Source: Candidatus Omnitrophota bacterium (lineage in GTDB: Bacteria; Omnitrophota; Gorgyraeia; Zapsychrales; Zapsychraceae). Taken from it: 64,000 nt of DNA. The DNA lies in NCBI GenBank assembly GCA_018812705.1, contig JAHJCZ010000097.1, forward strand, positions 840 to 64,839, written 5' to 3'. Made by a program: the position numbers and the translations under genes. Under the pieces are notes generated by a model that saw nothing but the letters and a program-made list of their open reading frames with translations, was not told the origin of the DNA and did no database searches. This document shows, piece after piece, positions 50,858 to 61,758 of the stretch; the first letter of the stretch is position 1; every line of letters starts with the position of its first letter.

Positions 50858-52435
50858 ATGTTTGGAGATAAAAACATGTATCCGCAAGGAGCAGTTCTTT
50901 CAGTATTTGCTGTTGTCCTTTTTTTTGCAGGTTATTTTTTAAGATGGTTTTTTGCAGGAAAAAAGTTAAGAAAAACTGAAGAAAAAGCAAGGAGATTGCT
51001 GGAATCAGCAAAAAATGAGGTAGATAGCCAAAAAAAGGAAATTGAACTGCATAGTAAAGATTTGGTTATCAAATTAAGGCAGGATTTTGATAAAGAAACA
51101 AAGGACAGAAGAGAAGAAATTGCAACTGTAGAAAAAAGGCTTATTCAGAAAGAAGAAAATTTAGACAAAAGAGTGGATCTTTTGGAAAAGAAGGAAAAAG
51201 ATATAACTGCGAGGGTAGAAGAGTTACATAAGAATGAAAAAGATGTGCAGGGCAAGAATTTAGAGCTGGTCAAAATGATAGAAGAAGAAAAGCAGCGCTT
51301 GCAGAAAATTTCTTCAATGACTGAAGAAGAGGCGAAAAAACTGCTTTTAGCACGCTTGGATGAAGAAATAGTACATGAAAAAGCAACGAGAATACGTAAA
51401 TCAGAAGAAGAGATCAAAGAAACTTGTGATAAGAAAGCAAGACAAATAGTCTCAACAGCGATACAAAGATGTGCATCAGACCATACTTCTGCATCTACGG
51501 TAACAGTTGTTATGCTGCCAAGTGATGAAATGAAGGGTAGGATCATTGGTCGAGAAGGAAGAAATATTAGAGCTTTAGAAGCGGCTGCAGGAGTAGATGT
51601 TATTATTGATGACACCCCTGAAGCTGTAACGATCTCAGGATTTGATATGTATAGAAGAGAGATCGCCAGGATTGCTTTAGAAAGTTTAATTACAGATGGA
51701 AGGATTCACCCAGGACGTATTGAAGAAGTTGTAGAAAAAGCTAAAAAGGAAATGGATAATACGGTTAAAGAAGAAGGTGAAAAGATAGCCTTCGATTTGT
51801 CTGTACATGGAATGCATCCGGAATTATTGAAATTAGTTGGTAAGTTGAAATATAGAACTAGTTATGGGCAAAACGGATTGCAACATACTAGAGAAGTTGC
51901 GATCTTAATGGGAGCAATGGCTGCTCAAATGGGATTAGATACAAAGATAGCAATAAGAGCTGGATTGCTTCATGATATTGGGAAAGTTGTCAACCAAGAG
52001 GTTATGGAGGGCACACATGCTATTGTTGGCGGGACATTAGCTCGCAAGTTTGGAGAGCAGGAAGATGTGGCTAGCGCGATTGAATCACATCATGAAGAAG
52101 TTGAAACAAAGAATGTTTATGGCATTTTGGTTTGTGCCGCAGATGCCATTAGTGCTGCACGCCCAGGGGCAAGAGCAGAGACCCTTGAGACATACGTTAA
52201 ACGATTAGAGAACTTAGAAAAGATAGCAAACTCCTTTAAAGGCGTTAGCAAAACGTTTGCTTTGCAGGCAGGAAGAGAAATTCGAATCATGGTTGATCCA
52301 GACAAGATCAATGATGATGAATCTTTGGTTCTTGCCAGAGACATACGTAAAAAAATCGAAGAAGAAATGGAGTATCCAGGACAGATAAAAGTTATTGTTT
52401 TAAGGGAAAAAAGAGCAGTTGAATACGCTAAATAG
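50858..52435 (+). CDS. rny: Ribonuclease Y
   Basis: N-terminal TM, coiled coil, KH domain ([15 protein letters not shown]), HD domain (LLHDIGK). Confidence 0.9.
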   Translation: MFGDKNMYPQGAVLSVFAVVLFFAGYFLRWFFAGKKLRKTEEKARRLLESAKNEVDSQKKEIELHSKDLVIKLRQDFDKETKDRREEIATVEKRLIQKEENLDKRVDLLEKKEKDITARVEELHKNEKDVQGKNLELVKMIEEEKQRLQKISSMTEEEAKKLLLARLDEEIVHEKATRIRKSEEEIKETCDKKARQIVSTAIQRCASDHTSASTVTVVMLPSDEMKGRIIGREGRNIRALEAAAGVDVIIDDTPEAVTISGFDMYRREIARIALESLITDGRIHPGRIEEVVEKAKKEMDNTVKEEGEKIAFDLSVHGMHPELLKLVGKLKYRTSYGQNGLQHTREVAILMGAMAAQMGLDTKIAIRAGLLHDIGKVVNQEVMEGTHAIVGGTLARKFGEQEDVASAIESHHEEVETKNVYGILVCAADAISAARPGARAETLETYVKRLENLEKIANSFKGVSKTFALQAGREIRIMVDPDKINDDESLVLARDIRKKIEEEMEYPGQIKVIVLREKRAVEYAK

Positions 52436-52476
52436 GCTTTTAAAGGCTTTGTTTTTAGATAATATTAAAATACATT

Positions 52477-53268
52477 ATGAATATATTATGCCTTGGAGAT
52501 ATTGTTGGTAAGCCTGGAAGGCAAGCTGTTGAAGAATTACTGCCTGCTTTAAAAGAAGAGCATTCTATAGATCTTGTTCTCGCTAATGCTGAAAATGCAG
52601 CGGGAGGCTCAGGGTTAACTTCCAGAATAGCTAAGCAGCTCTTTAATATGGGATGTGATGTTATTTCTCTTGGAGACCATGTTTGGGATCAAAAAGAATT
52701 AGAGGAGTATTTAAAAGATTCGGACAAGGTTATCCGTCCTGCGAATTTTCCCGATGATGTTCCAGGCAAAGGGTGGTGTATCGTTAAAACCGCTTCAGGG
52801 CAAAAGGTTGGGATAATCAATGTTCTTGGTCGGGTTTTTATGAGATACAGCTTGAACTGTCCGTTTCGTACAGTAGAGGCCTTGGTTACCGAAATAAAGA
52901 AAGAAACAGATATTATTGTTGTAGATCTTCATGCTGAAGCAACAAGTGAGAAAGTTGCGATGGGCCATTTTGTTAACGGAAGTGTTTCGGCGGTCGTAGG
53001 AACACATACGCATATACAAACAGCTGATGAAACTATTCTTTCCAAGGGGACTGCATATATTACAGATTTAGGTATGGTTGGCCCATATGACTCTGTTATT
53101 GGACAGGATAAAGAAAGAATTATTGAGCGATTTATAAAATGCATGCCAATAAAATTTCAAGTTGCAGAAAATGATGTGAAATTATGCGGCGTTGTTATTA
53201 ACATTGATGAATCAACTGGTTTGGCCAAGAATATTGTGCGGATCCAAAGAGATCTTAAAAAAGGGTAG
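52477..53268 (+). CDS. ymdB: YmdB-family metallophosphoesterase (2',3'-cNMP phosphodiesterase)
   Basis: MNILCLGDIVGKPGR...LVLANAENAAGG...GDHVWDQ; conserved rny-ymdB linkage. Confidence 0.8.
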   Translation: MNILCLGDIVGKPGRQAVEELLPALKEEHSIDLVLANAENAAGGSGLTSRIAKQLFNMGCDVISLGDHVWDQKELEEYLKDSDKVIRPANFPDDVPGKGWCIVKTASGQKVGIINVLGRVFMRYSLNCPFRTVEALVTEIKKETDIIVVDLHAEATSEKVAMGHFVNGSVSAVVGTHTHIQTADETILSKGTAYITDLGMVGPYDSVIGQDKERIIERFIKCMPIKFQVAENDVKLCGVVINIDESTGLAKNIVRIQRDLKKG

Positions 53269-53368
53269 AGTTTGTGAAAATATAAAATTTCCTGTATTTT
53301 AAAAAGTTTTTTGTGGTATAGTAAAAATAATTATAAAAAGAAGCTTTAATAACTAAAGGAGTTTTTTG

Positions 53369-53761
53369 ATGGGAAGATGGGACGGATTAAACAGACGTAA
53401 ATTTCCTCGTGTAAACTATCCTTGTTTAGTTGTAATAAGAGGATCCGCAGAAGCTGAAGATGTTTTGTTGACACATACTGAGAATATTGGAGTTGGAGGC
53501 GTTTGTCTTATCTTAAAAAAAGATATAAAGATGTTCTCGGAAATAGAGCTTGAATTAGATCTATTGGATTTGGGAGACCATATAAAGTGTAAAGGTAAAA
53601 TTGTGTGGAATGTCCAGCGTAAAAGCGATGAAGAGAAAAAACCTCTGTTCTATGATATTGGAGTAGAGTTTGAAGATATTGATAAAGCTGAAAAAAAGCG
53701 ATTAGAAGAAATTGTTGAGCGTTTGGTCAGAATAAATCAAGAGAAAAACTCACCTCTTTAA
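53369..53761 (+). CDS. PilZ-domain c-di-GMP receptor
   Basis: RRKFPR (RxxxR) and ENIGVGGV (DxSxGG-like) PilZ motifs. The ATG at 53369 is preceded by an AAGGAG RBS; the track start at 53366 is a TTG. Confidence 0.7.
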   Translation: MGRWDGLNRRKFPRVNYPCLVVIRGSAEAEDVLLTHTENIGVGGVCLILKKDIKMFSEIELELDLLDLGDHIKCKGKIVWNVQRKSDEEKKPLFYDIGVEFEDIDKAEKKRLEEIVERLVRINQEKNSPL

Positions 53762-53882
53762 TTAAGTTCTTCCAGAGAAAGTCTGCGTATTTAATCAAAA
53801 GCGTATAAATTGTCTTCAGGGGCTGTCGATTAAATGATCAGTTGTAACTTTATATAAAATATAAAAGCTTAAGGGAAGTAAA

Positions 53883-55214
53883 ATGATAAAAGTAAGATTT
53901 GCCCCAAGCCCAACAGGGTATTTACATATTGGCAGTGCTCGCACAGCACTGTTTAATTGGATGTACGCTAAATCGCAAAAAGGAAAGTTTGTTTTGCGAA
54001 TAGAGGATACAGATCTGCAGAGATCCTCAAAGGAGTTTGTCGACGAGATTTTAGCTAGCATGAAATGGTTGGGGTTAGAGTGGGATGAGCTTTACTTTCA
54101 AAGTGAAAGATTTGATATTTATAAAGAATACGCGCAAAAGCTTTTGAAAGAAGGCAAGGCATATGAGAGTGCCGGTGCCATAATCCTAAAAATGCCAAAG
54201 CAAGAAGTGAAGATATATGACTTGATCAGAGGGGAGATCAATTTTGATACGGCTAATTTTATGGTCCGCAACGAAGATGGTTCAACAGCGCTTGATGAAA
54301 AAGGAGAGCCGGTTTTAAAAGATGAAGTATTAATAAAGGCAGATGGTTCACCTTCTTATAGTTTTTGTTGCGTGATAGATGATGCTTTAATGGAAATATC
54401 GCATGTGATCAGAGGTGAAGATCATATTTCAAATACACCAAAGCAGATAGTTATGTATGAAGCTTTGGGTTTTAATCCTCCAAAGTTCGCACATTTGCCT
54501 CTTATTATGGGTGAAGATGGAGGTAGGCTTTCCAAAAGAACGGGAGCAGTGGCGGTCAGCGATTATAAGGCGAATGGATTTATTGCAGAGGCCTTGATAA
54601 ATTACCTTTTGCTTTTGGGATGGTCTCCTGGAAACGATCAAGAAAAGATAAGCATTACAAATGCGATCAAGATGTTTTCTATTAAAAAAGTTAATAAAGC
54701 GGCAGCAGTGTTTTCAATGGATAAGCTTCGGTGGCTGAATGGGCAATACATTAAGCAGATGGAAGATGAAAAACTGGTTGAGTTGATAGCCCCGTTTTTG
54801 ATAGAAAAGAATTTTATTAATAGTGATTTCAATAGTCAAAATCTAAAAAGTGTTGTAAGATTATACAAAGCAAGGTTGCCCACGTTGTTGGATTTTATTG
54901 ATAGAGCGGGTTTTGTTTTCGTTGATGATATTGCGATAGAAGATGAACTTTTTCAAAAATATTTTTCTATTGATAGAAAGAAAGAGTTTTGTTTGCTAGG
55001 TGAAAGGCTTGGTATGGTCGAGCCTTTTGATCTTAAAAATGTAGAACAAGTTTTTAGAGCGGTTACAGATGAACTTGGTCTAAGCGCAGCTGATCTTGTT
55101 CATCCTATTAGGGTTGCTTTAACCGGTAGTGATATTGGGCCAGGGCTGTTTGAAACTATGGTGGTCTTAGGAAAAGAAAAAACAGTAAAAAGGCTAACTG
55201 GGGTTTTTAAATAG
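53883..55214 (+). CDS. gltX: Glutamyl-tRNA synthetase
   Basis: HIGS (PTGYLHIGSART) and KMSKS-like LSKRTG motifs. Confidence 0.9.
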   Translation: MIKVRFAPSPTGYLHIGSARTALFNWMYAKSQKGKFVLRIEDTDLQRSSKEFVDEILASMKWLGLEWDELYFQSERFDIYKEYAQKLLKEGKAYESAGAIILKMPKQEVKIYDLIRGEINFDTANFMVRNEDGSTALDEKGEPVLKDEVLIKADGSPSYSFCCVIDDALMEISHVIRGEDHISNTPKQIVMYEALGFNPPKFAHLPLIMGEDGGRLSKRTGAVAVSDYKANGFIAEALINYLLLLGWSPGNDQEKISITNAIKMFSIKKVNKAAAVFSMDKLRWLNGQYIKQMEDEKLVELIAPFLIEKNFINSDFNSQNLKSVVRLYKARLPTLLDFIDRAGFVFVDDIAIEDELFQKYFSIDRKKEFCLLGERLGMVEPFDLKNVEQVFRAVTDELGLSAADLVHPIRVALTGSDIGPGLFETMVVLGKEKTVKRLTGVFK

Positions 55215-55231
55215 ATTTTCAAGGAGGTTTT

Positions 55232-55402
55232 ATGAGATATATGCTAATGATTGTTGTTGCTTTTTTGTTAATGCTCACTTTGCAGGGATGTGAAACCTTG
55301 ATAGGCGCAACTTCTGGTTTGCAAAAAGATATTGAAAATTTACGTTCGCAAGATGGAGAACTTTACGAAACAGATGCATGGCTGAAAGAGAATTTGTGGT
55401 AA
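55232..55402 (+). CDS. Small lipoprotein, entericidin-like (56 aa; not in the ORF track)
   Basis: AAGGAGG RBS; MRYMLMIVVAFLLMLTLQGCETLIGATSGLQKDIENL... Lipobox LQGC followed by a Gly-rich amphipathic segment typical of EcnA/EcnB-type peptides. Confidence 0.45.
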   Translation: MRYMLMIVVAFLLMLTLQGCETLIGATSGLQKDIENLRSQDGELYETDAWLKENLW

Positions 55403-55438
55403 CTATCCTTTTTGACATTTTTGTTTGAAAGCGAACAT

Positions 55439-55472
55439 TGCCCGCACTGATAATGGTGTGGGCAATTTTATA
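55439..55472 (+). terminator. Rho-independent terminator
   Basis: TTGCCCGCAC, 8-nt loop, GTGTGGGCAA, then TTTTAT. Confidence 0.5.
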
Positions 55473-55475
55473 AAT

Positions 55476-55546
55476 TGCCCTGTCGTCCAATGGTAAGACG
55501 CAAGTCTCTGGATCTTGTTATTCTGGTTCGAATCCAGACGGGGCAG
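55476..55546 (+). tRNA. tRNA-Gln (CUG)
   Basis: Acceptor TGCCCTG/CGGGGCA (one G-U), anticodon loop CTCTGGA, T-loop GGTTCGAATCC. Overall similarity to enterobacterial tRNA-Gln. Confidence 0.7.
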
Positions 55547-55601
55547 ATTTTATCAGAAAGCCCTTTAAGGGCTTTCTGATAATAAAGAAACTATTTGTAT
55601 T

Positions 55602-57290
55602 ATGAATGAAAAAGAAACAAAACAATCTCTAGATTTTATTAGGCAAAAAATATCCCAGGATATTAATACAGACAAAATAAAGCATGGGGTAGTGACGAGG
55701 TTTCCTCCAGAGCCTAATGGTTATCTGCATATTGGACATGCTAAGTCAATATGCTTAAATTTTGGTATTGCCCTTGAACATGCTAACGGTGTTTGCCATT
55801 TGCGGTTTGATGATACAAATCCGACAAAAGAAGAAGAGGAATATGTTGAATCGATAAAGGAAGACGTTAGATGGTTGGGTTTTGATTGGGGGGACAAGCT
55901 TTTTTATGCTTCAGACTATTATCAAAATCTTTTTGAATCAGCCATTGAGCTGATCAAAAAAAATAAGGCATATGTTGATAATTTAAATGCTGATGAAATT
56001 AGAGAATATAGAGGGACGTTGACAGCTCCAGGGAAAGACAGTCCTTATAGGGATCGTTCGCCTCAAGAGAATCTTGAGCTTTTTGAAAAGATGAAGAATG
56101 GTGAGCTTGAAGAAGGGGCATGTGTCCTTCGTGCAAAGATAGATATGTCATCGCCGAACATAAACATGCGAGATCCTGTAATTTATAGAATTCTCAAGGA
56201 GCCTCATCATCGTACAGGAAAAGATTGGTGTATTTATCCCATGTATGATTTTGCGCATTGCTTATCTGATTCGTTCGAAGGTATCACTCATTCAATATGT
56301 ACGCTAGAGTTTGAAAATCACAGGCCATTGTATGATTGGTTTTTAGATGAGTTAAATGTTTATCATCCACAGCAAATTGAATTTGCAAGATTGAACTTGA
56401 GCTATGCTGTTATGAGCAAAAGAAAATTGCTTGAAATGGTAGAAAAGAAAATAGTTTCTGGGTGGGATGACCCAAGAATGCCGACAATTTCCGGATTAAG
56501 AAGAAGAGGGTATACTCCTGAGGCTATAAGGGATTTTTGTGATAGAATTGGCGTAGCAAAAGTTGAAGGCACAGTTGATGTTGCCCTTTTAGAGCATTGT
56601 TTAAGGGAAGATCTAAACAAGACTGCTTTGAGAGTTATGGGTGTATTAAGACCGCTTAAAGTAGTTATAGAGAATTACCCTGAAGGAGAAACAGAGGATC
56701 TTGAGGCAATAAACAATCCGGAAGATACAGAGGCTGGCACAAGAAAAGTTCCTTTTTCTAGAGAGATTTATATAGAGCGAGATGATTTTCAAGAAGAGCC
56801 GCACAAGCAGTTCTTTAGGCTGGCTCCTGGAAGGGAAGTGCGGTTAAGGTATGCTTATTTTATTAAGTGTGAAAAAGCTATAAAGGATGAGAGCACAGGA
56901 GAGATCGTTGAATTAATATGCACGTATGATCCCGCGACCAAAGGTGGGAATGCTCCTGATGGAAGAAAAGTCAAAGGCACTATTCATTGGGTTTCTGTTG
57001 AACATGCAAAGAAAGCGCAAGTTAATCTTTATGATAGATTATTTGTAGACGAGAACCCGTCAGCGGTGAAAGGTCAAGGAAGTATTTTTGATAGTATCAA
57101 TCCAGGCTCTTTGGAAGTTTTGGATAATTGTTATGTAGAGCCAAGCTTAATTGGAGCTGAAGTATTCAGCAAATTCCAATTTGAAAGGTTAGGGTATTTT
57201 TGTGTCGATCCTCAATCAAATCAAGAGAAGCTTGTTTTTAATAGAACAGTTACCTTGCGAGATTCATGGGCAAAAATTGCAAAAAAATAG
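55602..57290 (+). CDS. glnS: Glutaminyl-tRNA synthetase
   Basis: HIGH ([14 protein letters not shown]) and VMSKR ([11 protein letters not shown]) motifs; GlnRS-type C-terminal anticodon-binding beta-barrels. Confidence 0.9.
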   Translation: MNEKETKQSLDFIRQKISQDINTDKIKHGVVTRFPPEPNGYLHIGHAKSICLNFGIALEHANGVCHLRFDDTNPTKEEEEYVESIKEDVRWLGFDWGDKLFYASDYYQNLFESAIELIKKNKAYVDNLNADEIREYRGTLTAPGKDSPYRDRSPQENLELFEKMKNGELEEGACVLRAKIDMSSPNINMRDPVIYRILKEPHHRTGKDWCIYPMYDFAHCLSDSFEGITHSICTLEFENHRPLYDWFLDELNVYHPQQIEFARLNLSYAVMSKRKLLEMVEKKIVSGWDDPRMPTISGLRRRGYTPEAIRDFCDRIGVAKVEGTVDVALLEHCLREDLNKTALRVMGVLRPLKVVIENYPEGETEDLEAINNPEDTEAGTRKVPFSREIYIERDDFQEEPHKQFFRLAPGREVRLRYAYFIKCEKAIKDESTGEIVELICTYDPATKGGNAPDGRKVKGTIHWVSVEHAKKAQVNLYDRLFVDENPSAVKGQGSIFDSINPGSLEVLDNCYVEPSLIGAEVFSKFQFERLGYFCVDPQSNQEKLVFNRTVTLRDSWAKIAKK

Positions 57291-57343
57291 ATCAGATCAA
57301 AATGCAGTTTTATCTGATGAAAAAATAGTGACGTCTTACTTGT

Positions 57344-57376
57344 AGGGACACAGATCATGGTGTCCCTTTCTTGTTT
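57344..57376 (+). terminator. Rho-independent terminator after glnS
   Basis: AGGGACAC, 8-nt loop, GTGTCCCT, then TTCTTGTTT. Confidence 0.55.
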
Positions 57377-57488
57377 ATGTGTAAAAGACAGGACATATTG
57401 CGCGAGAATATTCTTATTGCAGAATAGAAAAAGAAGAATAGTATAAATAATATATATATCTACGCTAAAAATTAAAGTTCAATACAAA

Positions 57489-58691
57489 ATGATAAGCTTT
57501 AAAGAATCCATACAATTGCTTGGACAAAATACTGAAGTTTTACATTGTTCACAAGTAAAGACTGAAGAGGCTGTTGGTTATTTGCTGCAGGAGGATGTTA
57601 TTTCAAAAATAGATATGCCGCCGTTTGATAAATCTATCAGAGATGGATATTCTTTATTAGCAGAAGATTCACAGGCCATTGGCAATAAAATTAAAAATAT
57701 TGGGTTTGTTTCGGCGGGTGAATGCTTTTCGGGAGAAATGCATAAAGGCGAGTGTGTTAAAACAATGACAGGGGCTTCTTTGGCTAAGGGTGCTGATTGT
57801 GTCATTATGGTTGAAGACACGAAAGAGGATAAGGAGCTGGGTCTTGTTGAGATACTGAAAAAACTAGAGCCAGGGGACAATATTTGTAGCAAGGCGCAAG
57901 ATATTAAAGCCGGAGATATAGTTGTAAAAAAAGGCACGGTGCTCTCAGTATCAAATATTGCTGCAATTGCATCAGTTGGAAAAGAAACAGTCACAGTGTG
58001 CAGTAAACCAAAGGTCTCGTTGATCAACACAGGCGGCGAGATCGTTTCGTTAGGGGGTGCCTTAGGTGCAAACGAGATCTTTAACACTAATGGCCCTATG
58101 TTAAAGGCAATGATTAAAGAGGATGGCTTTGAGCTCGAGCATTATGATGTTGTTAAAGATGTAGAGATTGAAATGCAGAGGTCTTTTGAAGAGGGGTTAA
58201 CTAGCGATGTTTTATTGATCTCAGGAGGCGTTTCTAGAGGTGATTTTGACCTGGTGCCGAAAGTGTTAAAAGATCTTGGAGTTCAAGTTATATTCCATCG
58301 GGTAAGCATCAAACCTGGACGGCCTCTGTATTTTGGTAAAAAAGATAAAACTCTTGTTTTTGGATTACCTGGAAATCCCATTTCTGGATTTTTAACATAT
58401 TTGATATATGCAAGAGCTGCTATGCTGAAAATGTCTGGTATCAATAATGATTCGAGGGTGTTTAAAGAAGGCATCCTGGGAAAAACCTTTGTTCAAAAAG
58501 ATGCAACAAGGAGGCACTTTGTTCTTGTAAAAATAGAAAAGAAAGGTATGGCTAGTTATTTGCATCCTTCTACGAATTATGAATCAGCGGATATCAAAAC
58601 TTTGTCAGATGCTGATGGCTTTATGGAAGTTGAAGAGAATGTTTCAGTGATTGACGAAGGACAGAGAGTTAAATATTTTACATGGAAATGA
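57489..58691 (+). CDS. moeA: Molybdopterin molybdenumtransferase MoeA
   Basis: MoeA N-terminal domain, MoCF-biosynthesis domain (LLISGGVSRGDFD), C-terminal domain. Confidence 0.85.
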   Translation: MISFKESIQLLGQNTEVLHCSQVKTEEAVGYLLQEDVISKIDMPPFDKSIRDGYSLLAEDSQAIGNKIKNIGFVSAGECFSGEMHKGECVKTMTGASLAKGADCVIMVEDTKEDKELGLVEILKKLEPGDNICSKAQDIKAGDIVVKKGTVLSVSNIAAIASVGKETVTVCSKPKVSLINTGGEIVSLGGALGANEIFNTNGPMLKAMIKEDGFELEHYDVVKDVEIEMQRSFEEGLTSDVLLISGGVSRGDFDLVPKVLKDLGVQVIFHRVSIKPGRPLYFGKKDKTLVFGLPGNPISGFLTYLIYARAAMLKMSGINNDSRVFKEGILGKTFVQKDATRRHFVLVKIEKKGMASYLHPSTNYESADIKTLSDADGFMEVEENVSVIDEGQRVKYFTWK

Positions 58692-59653
58692 AGCCCAAAA
58701 TAGATTACTTGAGACTTTCCCTGACAGACAAATGTAACCTGAATTGCTTTTATTGCAATCCTTTAGAGAAGAAAGATTATCTTGATAATAACGATATTTT
58801 ACGATTAGAAGAAATAGTAAGGGTTGTTAGAGTCTTGGCAGATCTTGGTATAAGCAAGTTAAGGCTGACGGGAGGAGAACCGTTAATAAAAGAAAATATT
58901 TGTACAGCAGTTAGTTTGTTTAAAAAGATCGACGGAATAGAAGAAGTTTCTTTAACGACCAATGGTGTTTTTCTCTTCGAGATGGCCGAAGCATTGCAGG
59001 CGAATGGTCTAGATAGGATTAACATAAGTTTGGATACTTTAAGGCCTAAAAGATTTGAACAGATCACAGGCCAGGATTGCTTTGAACATGTGTGGAAGGG
59101 AATAGAAAAATCGATTGAAGTTGGCCTTTTTCCATTAAAGTTAAATATGATCTTGCTTAAAGGCATCAATGAGGATGAGATAATTGATTTTGCAAAATTA
59201 ACAATTAAGCATAAGATAGATGTCAGATTTATTGAACTGTTCAGGACATCAAATCGTTTAAGTGTTCAACAAACCGGATCACTAAAGAGCTCAGAAGCAA
59301 AAGAAACCATTGTTAGTAAATATGGAGAGCTGTTTCCTGAAGGCAATGTGGTCGGAAATGGACCGGCTGAATATTTTAAATTAAAAGAAGCAAAAGGTAC
59401 GATTGGGTTTATTAGCAATTTAAGTAAACATTTTTGCGGTGCATGTAATCGTTTGAGAATGGATAGCGCAGGTAGAATTGCGCCGTGCCTGTTTTCAGGA
59501 TATTTATATAATGTAAAAGAACTGATCAGAAGCGGTGCTTCGGATGAAAATATAAGAGAGTTATTAAAACATATTATTTTAGATAAACATAAGCATAATA
59601 AAAAGAGTGCAGTTATTGATAAGCATATTGAAATGAGCAGTGTCGGAGGATGA
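58682..59653 (+). CDS. moaA: GTP 3',8-cyclase MoaA (radical SAM)
   Basis: CNLNCFYC radical-SAM cluster motif, second C-terminal Cys cluster CGACNRLRMDSAGRIAPC. Confidence 0.9.
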   Translation: MEMKPKIDYLRLSLTDKCNLNCFYCNPLEKKDYLDNNDILRLEEIVRVVRVLADLGISKLRLTGGEPLIKENICTAVSLFKKIDGIEEVSLTTNGVFLFEMAEALQANGLDRINISLDTLRPKRFEQITGQDCFEHVWKGIEKSIEVGLFPLKLNMILLKGINEDEIIDFAKLTIKHKIDVRFIELFRTSNRLSVQQTGSLKSSEAKETIVSKYGELFPEGNVVGNGPAEYFKLKEAKGTIGFISNLSKHFCGACNRLRMDSAGRIAPCLFSGYLYNVKELIRSGASDENIRELLKHIILDKHKHNKKSAVIDKHIEMSSVGG

Positions 59654-60111
59654 CAATGGATAAGAATGATCAATCTTTAGGGATGATAGATATAAGTGAA
59701 AAAAGCAAGACGATGAGGGTTGCAAAAGCTGGTGCTTTTGTAAGAATGGATAGCGAACTTGTTGATATGGTAAGGAATAATGCGGCTCCAAAAGGAAATA
59801 TTATTGAAACTGCAAGGGTTGCAGGGATAATGGCTGCCAAAAAAACCGAAGAACTGATACCCTTGTGTCATAATATTGAAATTGATAAAGTAGGTTTATC
59901 TTTTTGTTTTGAAAAAGAGGGCATTAGGATAGAATCGATAGCAAAGACAACAGCAAAAACGGGCATAGAGATGGAAGCGATGATAGCTGTAGCTATCGCA
60001 GCGCTTACAGTCTATGATATGTTAAAAATGTTCAACAAGGAAATATGTATAGAAAAAGTGTTGTTACTTGAGAAAAGTGGAGGCAAAGACGGTGTCTACA
60101 AAAGATTCTGA
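59650..60111 (+). CDS. moaC: Cyclic pyranopterin monophosphate synthase MoaC
   Basis: MIDISEK...AKTGIEMEAMIAVAIAALTVYDM. Confidence 0.85.
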   Translation: MTMDKNDQSLGMIDISEKSKTMRVAKAGAFVRMDSELVDMVRNNAAPKGNIIETARVAGIMAAKKTEELIPLCHNIEIDKVGLSFCFEKEGIRIESIAKTTAKTGIEMEAMIAVAIAALTVYDMLKMFNKEICIEKVLLLEKSGGKDGVYKRF

Positions 60112-60681
60112 TTGTATCGGCAAAAAAATATTGTTGTAGGTTTTGGAGAGATCGTCTCTGTTAATATAAGCGAAAAAAAGGGGACTATAAAAAAACCAGT
60201 CAAGAAAGCAGTTTTGCTCAAGGACATAGGAATAGAAAACGATGCTCATTCTGCCCCTGATGACGAGACAAGGCAGATCAGCTTCTTGGCTTTAGAGAGC
60301 ATTGAAAAACAGAAAAATAAATTAAAAGAAAATATGATAGATAATGAAAAGGCTATTGCCTTGTATCCAGGGGTATTTGCGGAGAATATTACAACAAAAG
60401 GGATATTAGTTTCTGAGTTAATGCTTAACGACATAATTGAAATTGGCGGAGAGGTTCTTTTAGAGATCTCGCGCATTGGAAAAGAATGTCCTGCGCCCTG
60501 CAGTATATTTTATAAAACGGGCGACTGCATTATGCCGAGAGAGGGATTTTTTGCCAGGGTCTTTAAAGGAGGAGTTATTTATCCTAAAGCATCAATTAAT
60601 ATCACCAGAAAGATTAAACATCAAGTGGAACATTTTTCTGCCGATGAAGAAAATGAATATGAGGTATTAAATGTTGCATAA
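60112..60681 (+). CDS. MOSC-domain protein (TTG start)
   Basis: GIENDAHSAPDDETRQISFL...GENITTKGI...GEVLLEISRIGKECPAPC fits the MOSC beta-barrel with its conserved Cys. Confidence 0.55.
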   Translation: MYRQKNIVVGFGEIVSVNISEKKGTIKKPVKKAVLLKDIGIENDAHSAPDDETRQISFLALESIEKQKNKLKENMIDNEKAIALYPGVFAENITTKGILVSELMLNDIIEIGGEVLLEISRIGKECPAPCSIFYKTGDCIMPREGFFARVFKGGVIYPKASINITRKIKHQVEHFSADEENEYEVLNVA

Positions 60682-61168
60682 TACAGGGAACATAAATATT
60701 GTTAAAGTCGGGGTTTTGACAATTAGTGATTCAAGGACAATTGATAGCGATGCTAGCGGAAAGAGCGTTGTTTCTATTTTGAAAGAGGATGGGTATGAAG
60801 TGTCTTTTTATGAAGTTGTATCAGATGACATTGCAAAAATAATAGATAGGCTGAACACAGCATTAAAAGACAATGAATTAGACTTGATTCTGACTGTGGG
60901 AGGAACGGGGTTTGGACCAAGAGATAATACTCCAGAGGCTACTTTAAAAGTTGTTGAAAAAGTTATTCCTGGATTACCAGAATGCATGCGAACGGAAGGG
61001 GCTAAAAAGGCCAAGGAAGCTTATTTATCAAGAGGGGTTGCGGGTATTAAGGGCCAAACAATTATTGTGAACCTACCAGGAAGCCCAAAGGGAGCAAGAG
61101 AATCTTTAGAAGCTATTGCTGGGTTGATACCTCATTCAATATCAATGATAAAAGGAAAGGGGCATTAA
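60671..61168 (+). CDS. Molybdenum cofactor biosynthesis protein MogA/MoaB
   Basis: LILTVGGTGFGPRDNTPEAT signature. Confidence 0.8.
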   Translation: MLHNTGNINIVKVGVLTISDSRTIDSDASGKSVVSILKEDGYEVSFYEVVSDDIAKIIDRLNTALKDNELDLILTVGGTGFGPRDNTPEATLKVVEKVIPGLPECMRTEGAKKAKEAYLSRGVAGIKGQTIIVNLPGSPKGARESLEAIAGLIPHSISMIKGKGH

Positions 61169-61171
61169 ACT

Positions 61172-61618
61172 GTGAAACTAACAAAGATACAAATAATAAA
61201 AATGTTCGCATCTGCTCTTGCGGTAGGATTAACTTCAATGCTCCTTTATACAGGAGGGGATGTTTATAAGGTTACCAAATTTGTCAAGCAACAACAGGAT
61301 ATAATTACGGTTTTGTTTGAAAAAAGAGCAGATAAAGCTTTTTTAAACATAAAGAGTACATTTGAGAAAAAGTATCCGCATTATCGCTTGTTAATAGAGG
61401 ATGAAGTGGATCATGAGTATGCTGTAAATATTGTGTCTGGGGACTTTTATGATAAAAAGTATTTAGAGTTGATCGACAACAATTCTAAAAAAACTATTAG
61501 CAGGTTTATTGTAGTTTATAGCTCAAAGAAAAAAGATGGCGGGCAAACGTTCCTGAAGTTTCTATTGTCCGGTGAAGGTAGCCAGATATTGAAAAGAAGC
61601 AGCTATTCTGTGCGATAG
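61172..61618 (+). CDS. Mini ModA-like periplasmic-binding-protein remnant (148 aa)
   Basis: Signal/TM, then ITVLFEKRADKAFLNIKSTFEKKYP (like the ModA N-terminus) and GGQTFLKFLLSGEGSQIL (like the ModA C-terminal FLDFLLSPEGQ motif). About 100 residues of a full ModA are missing in between. Confidence 0.35.
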   Translation: MKLTKIQIIKMFASALAVGLTSMLLYTGGDVYKVTKFVKQQQDIITVLFEKRADKAFLNIKSTFEKKYPHYRLLIEDEVDHEYAVNIVSGDFYDKKYLELIDNNSKKTISRFIVVYSSKKKDGGQTFLKFLLSGEGSQILKRSSYSVR

Positions 61619-61758
61619 GAATAAAATACATCCTTTTTTGAGGAAAATATCGGATTTTTGCAGACTATTATTTATTAACAGTTGGCAAGGAAAACCTTAT
61701 TTGTTAGAATAGACTAGTTTTTATTTTTATAAATAGCGAACTACAAAAGGAAAAGATA

